Assembly (NCBI GenBank): GCA_030295235.1
Contig: AP026132.1
Span: forward strand, 186,001 to 250,000
Direction: 5' to 3'
DNA from: Fistulifera solaris
Lineage: Eukaryota
DNA length: 64,000 nt
A program made the translations under genes and the position numbers. A model generated the notes under the pieces. That model worked only from the letters and a program-made list of their open reading frames with translations, was not told where the DNA came from and made no database searches. Of this stretch, positions 22,225 through 34,509 are shown in pieces (within the stretch, counting starts at the first letter, position 1; each line of letters opens with the position of its first letter).

Positions 22225-22621
22225 ATTCGATCCAATTACAACAAATAATATATAGAAATAAAAGATGATGCAAGATGGAAGCTACTCACTCTACTTGTTA
22301 TCGGTCTCACAATAAGCAGTGCAATGGCAGATGCGCGTGTGTTTATGGTCCTTGGTGTGGTGCGGCGTGCGGCCATCTTAGGATCCTTCCGTTGGGAGGC
22401 GATGCGACGCGTAGCGCTGTGAATTTTGAAGTACGTCGCAAGCGGCTATGAAGTACTATGAATCAACATGTAGCAGTACAAAAAACAACCCGAGATTTAC
22501 TCATAAGCTAAAGCGACCGCTAATCTAATTAATTACTTTTCTAATCCCCCATTTCAAAACCGACCTAGCCGTTGATTACCATCAAGGCATACTCTCAGCT
22601 TACATTCTTTTTTCCCTTGGA

Positions 22622-24474
22622 TCAATTGATGAGAGGCTCCCAGACCCAAAGATTGGCGATGAACTAAAGAAAGAAATCGTCCCGACGAAAAGTAGGTGAG
22701 ACTACGAACAAATTCGTGAACAGCATATCCGAAAAAGACCTACCTTCTCTCCCGATAAAACGGGTTCACTGGCGTGCTGACTGCGATCGTCCATGTTGCC
22801 ATCCGGTAACATGGAATAAAACAAAACGGCAGTCCCCTTTTGGGGTCGAATCCGCACTCCGTCGTGGAAATCCCGGGTGACGGCCCGCGGAAATACCGTA
22901 TGCCCTCCTGTAAAGTCGTCATTGAGATACAGCAACAAGGTGGCAAACCGGGTGGGCTGATACCACAGTTGTTGCGAAGGATATACAAAATCATGATGCG
23001 CGGTATATTCTTCTCCGGCGCGATACCGCACCACTTGCAACGACTCGGCGATGGAATGATAATGCGCCGGTATTTCGTCGTCGACTGGTTTTTGCAAGAG
23101 GCGTTCGTCCAGGCGCAACAACCGTGCCGCTCTTCGATAAATGGTGTCGGTCAGACTCGTCGCGTTGCCACGTTCGAGCCACGTGTTGTCCGACGAGCGT
23201 GTCGCACCATCGCGCATGGTACGCCGCGAACCCGCCGCGACCGTGGACGCTCGCATTCCTTCGTGCAAGGCCAATTGAATCAAGTTATCGCATTCGGAAC
23301 CGGACAAAAAGTCGGGAATGGTCAATACTTTGGGCATTACCGATTCTACGCGAAGGGTATAATCACGTCCTTCGTCCCGATACACATGTTTCTGATGAAT
23401 GTACGATGTTTCCCACATAGAATGTACAGGAAACGGTCGTGGAAATTGACTCAACCACGGTCGTCTCGCGTGAATCAGATAATGTTTCGCAAATTCTTGA
23501 TTGAGTTTTTGCATGTAATACAACAACTGTTCTTGTTGTGACAATTGTTGAATGTCCGCGTCGGTCATGGGTTCAAAATAGAGCGTCATATCATCGGCCG
23601 TCACGACCCATCGTGCCATGGCATGATCCGCATCATAGATAGGTGTCACGGAAAACGATTGTCCCGGTGTCGTGGCCGTCCCCAAACTGTCAAACGGAGC
23701 CATTTCTCCCACCAATTTCCGTTCCTCCCGTCCATCCCAAAACAGCAAGACGGGTTTTGGCGACAAATTAAAGAATTTGACACCAAATCCCGTAAAGGTC
23801 AAATGCGCGGCCTTCAAGGGTTTGGTTTCGAGTCCGTTCGCCGACATTTTGGCTTCGGCCGTGGGATCGTAGTCGGGATACAATGTTTCGATGGACGGAT
23901 CGGGATAGTAGTAAGTGAATCCTTTGATGTAAGAAAGTGATGAAGAAGTAAGTTGCTGTTCGATACAATCCATCTGCGGATGCGATGGTAGTTCCGACAC
24001 AGACAAGACTCGAGAATAGTTGACATCTTGCCACAGATCGGCCGCAGAATGCGCGTGCAGTGCCGGAAGATATTCCTTGGAAAGGTGAAAATCCATGACT
24101 TTGAGAGAAGAGTCTTGGGTATCCCATGGGTCACAAAAGGTAATGTTGGCGGTGCGTGTATATTCGTGCAAATGTTCGTGGGCATCATCATAGAGATGGA
24201 GTGTGGGTGCCGCGGAAGGTGTCGGCACAGCTGACAATGGTTGTGATATATTATAGCGGTGAGCCGCGGCCGTGGCTACAATGGCTACAAGTACGGCAAA
24301 CGCATGTTGTTTCCAATGTTCTTTCAATTCTTGCATCCAAGATGTCGTCTCGTCGTCGTCGCTATCATGATTCTCGTCGTCATTGTTGTTGTTGTCGTGA
24401 TGCAAAAATTCGTGAGGATCCAAATCTTCCCACGACGATGATTCTGTAATATTATCATGAGACGGATGATCCAT
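22622..24474 (-). CDS. Prolyl 4-hydroxylase-like 2OG-Fe(II) dioxygenase, N-terminal TM anchor; intron 22664-22743
   Basis: Motifs TRSSDNTWL, ESLQVVRY..GEEYTAHHD, TRFATLLLYLND..GGHTVFP and QHASEPV..GEK|FIANLWVW. Confidence 0.85.
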
Positions 24475-25006
24475 GGTTATGAATAGAAATTGATGTATAA
24501 AAAATGCATAAGAAAAGATGGGGCGTTCAAGGGTCGAAAGAAATGCAATGCAAAATCATTGTTTTGTTTTTATTGTCGTTGCGAGCCGAAAAATAAACAT
24601 CGCACCACCACTCATGAATCGATAGTAATCGTACAATCGTTACTAAGAAACAATTTGTAGTCGGACACGTGTTATTACGTCACACAGGTAATCCGAAATC
24701 ACGAACAGAAAGCGGGTGGATATCCGCCACGACTCAAACCGCCGTGCCATTATTGACGAACATGACAAGACACATTGCTTGTGCTGTATGATTGTCTTTT
24801 GATATTGTTCCAGATAACTCTTTCTTTTCCTTCTTTTTTACTATTACTCAATCACAAGTAATTGATCGAAACGATCGCAACAATACGCTTGTGTGAGTGT
24901 TTCGAATCGCGCATGACACAATAGTCAATTGGCTACAACCCCAAAATCGCAGTACTTGATTGAAGCGAAAATATTGATTCGTAATTTTTATACACAAACA
25001 ACAATT

Positions 25007-27603
25007 ATGCCATCATTGTTTCGAATCATGGGAGGAGGAGGAAATTCCTCCTCCTCCAATAACAACAATCGACAATTACCACAACCGCAGCAATCACTGC
25101 GATCTTCCGCGAGTCGATTGACGTATCCGGGAAATCGAGCGGCGGCGGCCCCTTCGAGTGATGCCGCGCCCTCGATGCCCACGACGTTTCCTCGGACCGG
25201 CGGTTTGTCCGACTCAAATACAGCTTCGGCAGCTTCGAGCGCCGGGCCCGTGACATTGCAAGGCAGTGCCGTCGATCCAGCAGCGGCGCGCGTTCCGCCT
25301 CCTCCGGCCACCGAAGCCGCGACACGCCCGGGAGCGTATCAAGTCACTCGCACGGCCGTGGGACCGGCGCAAGTGTATCGGGTGACCGTTCCCGTCGGAG
25401 TCCGACCCGGCGCCGAATTTACCGTCCACGCCGGATTGCGGCGAGTCCGCGTCCGGTGTCCGCCCACCAGCAGTCCGGGACAATCGTTGCAAATTACGTT
25501 GCCCCCGGAACCCGTCACACACCATTTGTTGTTGAAAATGGCGCCACTGACGGCGGCCGAAGGCACGCCGGAAGGTGGCGGCGCCGTCACCATGACCCCC
25601 GACGTTCAAGCGGTCAATCGACAAGCCATGTTGTCGGGTGGGACGGCCCAAACCTTTTGGTTACCATTCCACCCAATGTACATCCGGGACAGCAATTCAC
25701 CGTCAATGTCGGGGGACAACGCTTTGCCGTCACGTGTCCTCCCAGCGCGGGACCGAATCAAAAAGTGCGAATTGTGCCGCCCGTGGTCCGCGACGAACCG
25801 GAAGCGGCGCCGACTACCCAAGTCTTTGAAGTGGCCGTCCCGGAGGGCGTTCAACCCGGACAACCGTTCGCGTTAATGGCGAACGATCAGCGCGTATTGG
25901 TGACGTGTCCCCCCAATGTGGTGCCGGGACAAAAATTCGGTTCCAATTGCCCGTCAGTCATTTGGTCGGGAAAATTGAATTGGCGTACGAATCCGAAACG
26001 TCCGGATGGCGCCGTACCGTCCGCGTGAATGATCTCAAATTTCAATGGGTGCGATTGGAAAGAAAAAGGAGGACGCGAAGAAAGAAAAGACCGACGATAA
26101 TGACGAAGATCCGTTGGCCGAAACAACAGAAGGTATGGGTCCATCCAAAGTGGTGGATGTGGAAGGAATGAAGCAGTTTGATTTTCGTCGTTCGGCCTAT
26201 GTTCGTAAAGTCTATTATTTGGAAGGTAACGATGCGCGGATGCGGACGGGGACCATTGAGTTGATTCCGGCACACGAAGCGGTGGTCGATTCGCGGCTCG
26301 TGTACCACAATCGAACACTGCTTTCCTACTCCGACATTGCCTCTGTGCAAGGGAAATCGTTACAAGAAAAGACGGAATGGTTTCAAAACATTTGTAATCA
26401 ATTGACCGCGGCTTGGGAAGATGGGCATATCAAAATTGCCGTCCGGCGGTCGATGTTATTGCAAGACAGTGTGGACGCGGTCATGAGTCTCGGACGAGAC
26501 GATTTGCGCAAACGGTGGCGGATTGAATTTCTCGGGGAGCCCGGCATTGATGCCGGTGGTGTGGCACGAGAATGGTTTGAGCTGGTCACGGAACAAATAT
26601 TCGATCCGGCCTTTGGCTTGTGGATACCATCGGCCAACAATCAGGCGTGTGTCAATATCAACCCATCTAGTGGTACGTTTGGCGAGATGTGTCTTTGGCG
26701 TGCGATATTTCTGTCGACACTCACGTGTTTTACTGTTGTTTGCAAATAAGGACTGTCTTGTCCGGAAGATCATTTAATTTACTTTCGATTTCTCGGCCGA
26801 GTTATTGGTAGAGCCCTTTTGATCGCCAACTCATAAAAGGACATATGGTGCAATCCATATATAAGCACATTCTCGGCTGGCCCATCACGTTTGAAGATAT
26901 CAAAGCACAAGATGAAGAATATTACCATTCGTTACAAAAGTTAACCAAAATGGAGGATGTTTCTATCATGTACTTGGATTTTACGGTCACGGAAGAAAGC
27001 ATGGGGGCGCGACGAGAAATCGAATTGACGGAAGGTGGAGCGCTGACGGAAGTCACCAACGCCAATTTGGAGCAGTATTTGGAATCCAACTTACGGTATA
27101 GGATGTTAGAACGAACGAGACCTCAACTACAAGAACTGTTGTTGGGATTCTTTGACGTGATTCCGGAGCCACCACTAACAATATTCGATGCGAATGAACT
27201 GGAACTGACGCTGTGTGGCTTACCCACCATCGACATGGAGGATTGGCAAGCCAACACCAAGTATTCCGGTCTGTACGAAATGACCGGTCGAAGTCATGAG
27301 ACAGTGCAATGGTTCTGGGAGGTTGTTTTAGAAGAATTCGATCAAGAACAGCGAGCCCGTCTTTTGCAATTTGTGACGGGTACTTCGGGTGTTCCGAGTC
27401 GAGGATTTTCAGTGCTTCAGGGCATTGACGGCAATATCAAGAAATTCACCATTCATGGCGTGGATCGCAAGGCGTACTTTTATCCCCGCGCGCATACTTG
27501 TTTTAACAGAATCGATCTGCCCAATTATTCGTCCAAGGAAGAGTTGTTGGAGAAATTAAAGGCGGCGATTTCTTTATCAGGGGTCGGTTTTGACATTGAA
27601 TAA
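25007..27603 (+). CDS. HECT-type E3 ubiquitin ligase (intron near 26673-26751; several frameshifts)
   Basis: Motifs FLGEPGIDAGGVAREWF, LLQFVTGTSGVP and catalytic PRAHTCFNRIDLPNY. Confidence 0.9.
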
Positions 27604-27722
27604 TGTTAATAAGAAGAATAGAGTTTCACTATTATTGTTTTCACGTTTTTGGTTAAGTTTGTTTAATGCTTACTAGCTTTCACCTGTTGCGTAAATAGCT
27701 AGCTTTTGTCAAACCAAAATTA

Positions 27723-28002
27723 CTATAGACACAATGTGTAAACGACCTTTGCCACGACTGCATTTCAGTCATGAGACGAAAATTGGGTTGCTACTGCTAT
27801 GGTGCGTCAAAGAACGCATCATTTTTCTCGTTAGACAATGACTGGTTGCTGAAGTATTTACGTTGAGCAAAATTTACGATGCAACTCTTTACTGCGTCGA
27901 ATTTCTATCCGATTTGAGGCAGTATTATTGACGCTCAAACGAAAATTGATTCATGACTGAAATGCAGTCGTGGCAAAGGTCGTTTACACATTGTATCTAT
28001 AG
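27723..28002. mobile_element. 280-bp MITE, 52-bp TIRs, TA target-site duplication (Tc1/mariner-type)
   Basis: 27723-27774 and 27951-28002 are inverted with one mismatch. TA at 27721-27722 and 28003-28004. No coding capacity. Confidence 0.88.
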
Positions 28003-28081
28003 TAGAGTTATAACGTAGGGTCTCCGTCCGCCGTCCGCAAAACACTACATAACACATTCCACGTGGAAGCTAGATACGCAG

Positions 28082-28953
28082 GAAGAATGTTAAAGTACTC
28101 TCTTGGGCATAGTCTTGGTGTCGTAAGACACAATAGTATGTACAATTGAGTACCGCTTATGTTCAAGCCCATTGATTTCATACGCGCATTCATCATCGCT
28201 AATACACATGTTCAACGGAAATTATACATAGGGCTACATTTTTCAACACTTCGTTTTTTTGGGTTTCGGCGAGCCGTCCAACCACTCGGAGCGGCGATGT
28301 CTCGGCCTGAGACGTACATGTTAATTACGTCTCGAGATGTCTCTGAGACGTCTCAGAGACGTCCCTGAGACGTCTCTGAGACATCTCGAGACGTAATTAA
28401 CATGAGTTTCTCATTAGGGTTTTTAATACCATCTAGACTACTCCGTAACGATTACGTAATATTTCTTTATTACTAATAGGTTCTGGTTTGGGCATGATGA
28501 GCGGTTACTAAGTAGACGAAGAAATAACGAGCATTGTTGGTCAAAGCTGCGTGCAAATGCTTCGGCATTTACGATTACGATGGGCGATCCGTTTTCCGTT
28601 CCTTGCGATCTTGTAACCCTAATCAAAGTTTCCGATTTCAAGACGTAATCCTGAGATGTGTTAAATTCGTCTCTGAGACGTCTCAGAGACGTCTCTGAGA
28701 CGTCTCGAGACGTAATTAACATCTAGTATTTCGCGACATCGCCGCTCTTCGCAAACATACCTCGCCGAAATGAGAGAATTCCTATGTTTGAAAAATGTAG
28801 CTCCATTTGTGTTTTGCGTTTACCAAATTAAACTTGTGAAAGTCAATGCGCGTATGAAAGTACCATTATTTTCTCAATACGGTACTGCTTAGTACACTAA
28901 AAATGTCTTAGGACACCCAAACTATGCCCTAGAGAGTACTTTAACATTTCTTC
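28082..28953. mobile_element. 872-bp non-autonomous TIR element with CAG target-site duplication (PIF/Harbinger-like)
   Basis: Ends GAAGAATGTTAAAGTACTCTCT and AGAGAGTACTTTAACATTTCTTC. CAG at 28079-28081 and 28954-28956. Patchy inverted similarity extends about 260 bp inward. Confidence 0.85.
28317..28404. repeat. 88-bp palindrome with perfect 27-bp arms built from GAGACGTCTC-like units; related array at 28668-28722
   Basis: CATGTTAATTACGTCTCGAGATGTCTC ... GAGACATCTCGAGACGTAATTAACATG. Confidence 0.9.
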
Positions 28954-29099
28954 CAGGATAAAGCATGCCGTTTCTCGTCCCCGTCGAACTTGTTTCTTTC
29001 TCACCATGAGCTCGCAACTACTTCCCTCTGAGCTGCTATATTTCCTTCGTCCATTCTTTTCCTTTCAACAACAACAATTACTTCCTATTTCTTATTATC

Positions 29100-29705
29100 A
29101 TGTTAACATCCTCCATTTTCCGATCCACGCTTCGTCCATCCTCACGACGTTGTTGGATTCACGTCGAGAAACGATTGGAGGAACTGCAGCTTGTTTTGCC
29201 GCCGGCTCCGGGTCCGAAAGCCAATTACAACATTGTCTGTCACGCGGCCGGAGGAATGTTGTATGTTTCGGGACATTTGCCCGTCACACTGGATGGATCG
29301 ATGTTCACGGGACGCATCGGTGCCGATGGCAGGGATGTAGCGTACGGTTATCAAGCGGCCCGACAAGCTGGATTGAATATAATTTCTACCTTGAAAGCAC
29401 AATTGGGTGATTTGGATCGTGTGGAGCATATTGTTAAAGTATGGATTGATTTATTGTTTGTCTTGTGAAACAAGGTCCTATTTGTCTCTCATTCTCTTTC
29501 TTTTCAGATTTTCGGTATTGTGCAATCGACGGACGATTTCAAAGAACAGCACAAAGTGATGGATGGATGTTCCGATCTCATGATGGAAGTCTTTGGTAAA
29601 ACGGCCGGATATCATGCTCGATCCGCCATTGGGACGAGTACCTTGCCTTTGGATATTTCGGTCGAAGTCGAAGCGGTGGTGCAGCTCAAACCGTTTGTCA
29701 AGTAA
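29100..29705 (+). CDS. RidA/YjgF/UK114-family protein with mitochondrial-type presequence; intron 29439-29507
   Basis: Motifs LPPAPGPKANY, LYVSGHLP and GYHARSAIG..TLPLDISVEVE. Confidence 0.85.
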
Positions 29706-29916
29706 TATCATTATTTTGTGATGCACCCGTGAACATCCGGTGAACCTGACATCCGAAGGAACACCCGTTGTTATGATTCAGGGTCAAAACATATAAAATT
29801 CCAAGCTGGTCTATCTTCTTCACAAAAATCCTTATTTTTTTCTAATCTGGTGAACTCTCTTTCTATAACTTTTTAACATGTCTATCAATTGTGTTTTTCA
29901 CATCACAATCAACATT

Positions 29917-30468
29917 TTATTCGACCACACATCGAGATACTCCACGAAACATCTGACACACATACAAATAACCATCACTCCCGGTCGCGACACCGACACC
30001 AAATTCATTGAAACAATCCGACAACATGTTCGATCGATTGATCGGATGATGGTGCATGGCAAATTCGTGCATTTGTACGGGATGTTCCCCGCGTTGCACA
30101 TTTTCTCCAGCTCGGGTGCTCCCCAAATGCTGTTGGAGCTCTTCAATGTCGTGGGCGGAATGCATGACACAGAGCTCCGACGCCATGCGCTGAGCGTGAT
30201 GCGTGGCCAAAGCATCCAAAAAGGGTGATCTCTGTAACGTCGACCGACCCCGCAATTGTCGTTCTTGCTGAATCAAAAGTGAAAGGTCGATGATTCGCCC
30301 ACGAAATCGTGCCAATCGTGGCAACTGCGTTCTTCGGGGATCGGCGACAATCGATGTTTCGGTTCCAAGCGCAAACTTCGTTTCAAAGAAGGTCGTCGAT
30401 GTGGGCGGCTTGTCAATAACATCATGGTAAAAGAAGGACGAAACTACGGAGGAACAAAAATGAAGCAA
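29917..30468 (-). CDS. CAP/SCP-domain protein (start uncertain)
   Basis: Motifs ER..RG...L.RSPFLDALA..HAQRMA, GENVQRG, NMLS..FNEFGVGVA and YVCQMF. Confidence 0.7.
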   Translation of the reverse strand: MLHFCSSVVSSFFYHDVIDKPPTSTTFFETKFALGTETSIVADPRRTQLPRLARFRGRIIDLSLLIQQERQLRGRSTLQRSPFLDALATHHAQRMASELCVMHSAHDIEELQQHLGSTRAGENVQRGEHPVQMHEFAMHHHPINRSNMLSDCFNEFGVGVATGSDGYLYVCQMFRGVSRCVVE

Positions 30469-31127
30469 GCAATAATGAAATGACTACGTTGATAAGGTAT
30501 TCGGAAGGCAAATGAATTTTATGGGGACTTTTCCGGTCGCCCATTTTTTCGATTTCCCACGATGGCCTCATCACTCGTGTCAACTTTGGATAGAATGTGG
30601 GATTGAGAAGCTTCCGAACGAAGAAATGGATCGGAAGCGAACTTCGGTCGTTCTCTCTGCGTGGGCGTGCTTTGTCGTTCCACGTTCCACGCTTGTTCCA
30701 CGGTCCACGGTTCGCAAAAATGTGAAAGCTACAGTGCCCAAGTTCAAGCAGTCTTTTTTGAAGTGACTTTCCACTCTACTCTAGTCCCAAGTGTAGGTGA
30801 GAGTACATCAGCTGACAAGAACCACGTAAGAACTTTCGGTCTTGGATGATAGTGAACAGTAGTGAACATCTGCGGCAGGGTCATCTTTTCCAAACCACGT
30901 GTTTCGTGTTTGATAACGTCACAAATGAATAGAATAAGGTTAGAGATAAAAATGCAAGCCGGAGACGTCTGTACGTCGACGCACTCGAATGACTCATTCG
31001 TCATTCACTCTTTTCCTTCTCGCCCGTTCGCAATTCGCAAAACACGCCTGTCGTTGAGGAGCAATGAACGAAAGGCATTTCTCCTTAGTTCATTCTCTCG
31101 GGTCTTTCATCTTCTAATCTCTTCAGC

Positions 31128-32672
31128 ATGGCTCGATTCTCTTTCGTTCTCGCGCTGCTATGTTTACCAGTTTGGGGAGAAGCTTTTGTGGTTCCAGGAG
31201 GGAGTGCAACGCATCATTCTTATCGCGTCGACCAGCGTGCCCCGAAGACGCCATTTTATAGTAATTCCCAATTAGAAGCATCGCCATTACTGACATTGGC
31301 TTCGTCACCGTTGGGTTCTTTGGGGATTCTAGCATTCATTGTTTTGGTACACGAAAGTGGTCATTATTTAGCGGCACGCTGCTTTCAAATGAAAGTTGAA
31401 GAATTCAGCATTGGAATTGGTCCCAAGTTGGCGGGTTTCCAGGCGTTTGGGGATGAATTCAATTTACGGGCGTTCCCATTGGGAGGGTATGTGCGATTTC
31501 CGGAAAATTACGATGCGGAAACGGTGCGGAAGCAAGAACAGGCGGCCATGAAAGCCGTCGATCAATTTACAAACGAAAAATTCAAAGATCCTAGCACGAA
31601 ACTGTTGAATGCTTTAACGTTGGGTGCTTTAGGTGATAAAGAGATCAAAAAGGAAAATGAAAGGCGGCAGAGAGAATTAGAGAAGCTACGGCAGTTGCCG
31701 TGGTGGAAGAAGTTCGGAAAAAACAAGGCTGCTGACTTGGCTCCCATTGTGGGCCCGGATGACGTGGAAATTGATTTTTACCAGGATCCACAATTGTTAC
31801 AAAATCGTCCCTGGTACGAACGTGCCGTAGTACTGAGCGGTGGTGTCATTTTCAACTTTGTGCTAGCCTTTACCATTTATTTTGGTCTCATCAACATGGG
31901 CCCCGGTCTTCCGAGTCCTGTGTTTACGAGCGGAGCTTTGGTGAGTTCGGTACCGGCTCCGGGAGCGGCCGCGAATGGAATCTTACAAAAAGGGGATTTG
32001 GTGTTGGAAGTCAATGGTAGACCGGTGATTGCATCTTCGTCACCTTCGGCCAGTCAAGCACAACAAGGAATTAACGCATTCATCTCCCAAATCCGAGCCA
32101 CTCCGGAAGGTGAAAGCCTGAAGTTAAAGGTTTTGCAAAGATCCGCCAGTGCGCCGGTCGAACTAGAAGTCGCACCGAAGCGACAAGCCGGAACACAAGC
32201 CATTGGTGTACTCTTATCGCCCAACTTTGTCAAATCCGAAGTGTTGAAAAGCAACAATGTCATTGAAGCATCCAAAATGGCAGCCAAGTACACAAATACG
32301 TTGATTGTGGATACCGCCAGTGGCTTGGTCACTGTGTTTTCGGGATTTTTGTCGGGAAAGTCCACGGGTGCCCAGTTGAGTGGACCCATCGGGCTGATCA
32401 AGACGGGCAGTGAAGTGGTCAGTTCCCAAGACATGACGGCCGTACTCCTCTTCATGGCGGCCTTGTCAGTCAATCTTGGAGTCGTGAATGCCTTTCCTCT
32501 TCCGGCACTGGATGGTGGTCAATTACTCTTTGTGTTGTTCGAAGCGATCAGTGGTCGTAAAGTCAATCAGCGTGTCCAGGAAGGGATCACGGGCGCCACA
32601 CTGCTTTTGTTACTCCTCATCAGTGCATCGGCTGCTGTTGGTGACATTGAAAACTTAGTGATTGGTAGATAG
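31128..32672 (+). CDS. RseP/ARASP-like M50 intramembrane zinc metalloprotease with PDZ domain, plastid-targeted
   Basis: Motifs HESGH, FSIGIGP, LRAFPLGGYV, LSGPIG and NAFPLPALDGG. Signal peptide with GEA-FVV. Confidence 0.9.
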   Translation: MARFSFVLALLCLPVWGEAFVVPGGSATHHSYRVDQRAPKTPFYSNSQLEASPLLTLASSPLGSLGILAFIVLVHESGHYLAARCFQMKVEEFSIGIGPKLAGFQAFGDEFNLRAFPLGGYVRFPENYDAETVRKQEQAAMKAVDQFTNEKFKDPSTKLLNALTLGALGDKEIKKENERRQRELEKLRQLPWWKKFGKNKAADLAPIVGPDDVEIDFYQDPQLLQNRPWYERAVVLSGGVIFNFVLAFTIYFGLINMGPGLPSPVFTSGALVSSVPAPGAAANGILQKGDLVLEVNGRPVIASSSPSASQAQQGINAFISQIRATPEGESLKLKVLQRSASAPVELEVAPKRQAGTQAIGVLLSPNFVKSEVLKSNNVIEASKMAAKYTNTLIVDTASGLVTVFSGFLSGKSTGAQLSGPIGLIKTGSEVVSSQDMTAVLLFMAALSVNLGVVNAFPLPALDGGQLLFVLFEAISGRKVNQRVQEGITGATLLLLLLISASAAVGDIENLVIGR

Positions 32673-33027
32673 AGCTTATTGATTATTATTTTTGAGACTT
32701 TTTTAGTACTCGGTGCTTCTTTTGACCTTAGCTTGTTCATGCCTTACGTGTTAAAAACCGCTCAGACTAACAAATGTACAGGTAGACCTACAACGACCGT
32801 CAGCTGTCAGTGCGCTTTATAGCTTGGCGACAATAACAAAAAAGCAAAAAGAAACACCATGATGCTGTTCATTATTCATTTTATTATTCATTCAAAGAAA
32901 AAATTCAATAGTATTTGATTGACAATTCCTTGCTGTTGCTACCGAGACCGTGTTACAAGCTTCTTCGCTGACCAGTAAAGACTTCTCTTACAAATATTCA
33001 AGGGAGTTTGAAAGAGCAATAAACGAT

Positions 33028-34133
33028 ATGAAGCAAATCATCGCGTTCATCGGTCTCTTCATGCCGCAAAACGCCATTGCTTTCGCTCGATGGGGTTCGG
33101 CATCGGAACTTCGCGCGACGGTGAACGGAGAGGAAAACTTAACAACATTGGATGTGTTATCATTGGATTCCATTCGATCTACGTTGATTCGTCAAGAAGA
33201 GACGGTCATTTTGCTCTCATTGAACGTGCACAGTATCGGCAAAATCGGATTGTGTACGAACGAGAGGGATACGGTTCCTCGCTAGGGAAACCACCTGGTT
33301 ATCAATCGGATGGGAAAGATGATGAAGAGCTTAGTTTTCTCGATTTTATGTTGATTGGAACGGAAATTTTACATTGCGGGGCGCGTCGGTAAGACACGTG
33401 TGTTGAGACTGTATCTCTTGCTTTCAACTCCACTCAAAATTGTATCCTTTCAAGGTTCACATCACCGGAAGAACATCCCTTCTTTCCTGAAAAATTACCC
33501 AGTGGACCAATGGATGCCCTGCCTTCATTACAGTACCCGAACGATTTACTATCGCCAGTCGGTGGAGCCAATGAAGTGAATTTCAATAAGAAGCTATTGC
33601 AAAAGTACACGGAAATTATCGTTCCATCCATATGCAAAGGAGGAGACGATGAACAGCACGGTTCTACCACACTCTGCGACATTGCGGCGCTGCAGGCACT
33701 GAGCCGTCGTGTTCATTACGGAAAATTTGTGGCGGAATCCAAATACCGATCCAATCCAGATGCCTATCAGAAACTGGTCGATGCCGGTGATGCCGAAGGT
33801 GTCATGAAATTATTGACCAACGCGGTGGTGGAAGAACAGGTACTTCGCCGAGCACGATTGAAAGCGGCAACGTACGGCACGGAGCCCATGCTAACCGACT
33901 TGCCCAAAATTCAGTGCAGTGACATGGCGTCGATTGTTGCCGCGGCTGCTGCATCCGCGGTAGTGGCGGCCATGGAGGCACTGGACAATGAACATCTTGC
34001 GAAAGGGAAGGTAGACCCCGTTGCCATTGAATCCGTTTACCGAGATATCATTATACCTCTTACCAAAGATATTGAAGTTGCCTACCTTTTCCGTCGTTGT
34101 GGCAAAGAACCTCCGGCCGAGTATCTCTCGTGA
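33028..34133 (+). CDS. Chorismate mutase (eukaryotic type); intron 33389-33454; frameshift near 33210
   Basis: Motifs LSLDSIRSTLIRQEETV|FALIERAQY, RRFTSPEEHPFFP, ALQALSRRVHYGKFVAESKY and IIPLTKDIEVAYL. Confidence 0.92.
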
Positions 34134-34509
34134 TAGCCTCAAAGTAGGAATTCCTTGGTCTTTGCTAATTCGATCAAATCTTTTTACTTTTTGCTAATAA
34201 AAAAGCAATAAAAGAATAGAGAGAACGATACTCGACACATGACGGTAAACACGAGTGACTCCTCGTGACTCAATACACACTCTATATATACCGGCACCGG
34301 TAGTTTCTGCTGATAGTACAAAACTAGTAACTGTCGCAACGAAGTCGATACGAGATCCGATTGAATAATCAAAAATTCGATGAGGTGTCGTCGGATGCTG
34401 ATTCCAAAAATGGCGTTGCACCTTTCTCATCGTTGACACGCAAATAAAGCATAAAAATCAACAGCTCACATTATTACTAGTCGTACTCCTTCTATTCTTT
34501 TCTTCACAA

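Noticed and set aside
28148..28158. GAGTACCGCTT shared with the large element's TIR, suggesting a direct autonomous/non-autonomous pair
   Set aside because: Only 11 bp, in the opposite orientation relative to the ends, and the terminal sequences of the two elements differ.
30677..30712. Four G(T/G)TCCACG repeats upstream of the CAP-domain gene
   Set aside because: Possibly regulatory, but too short to support a call.
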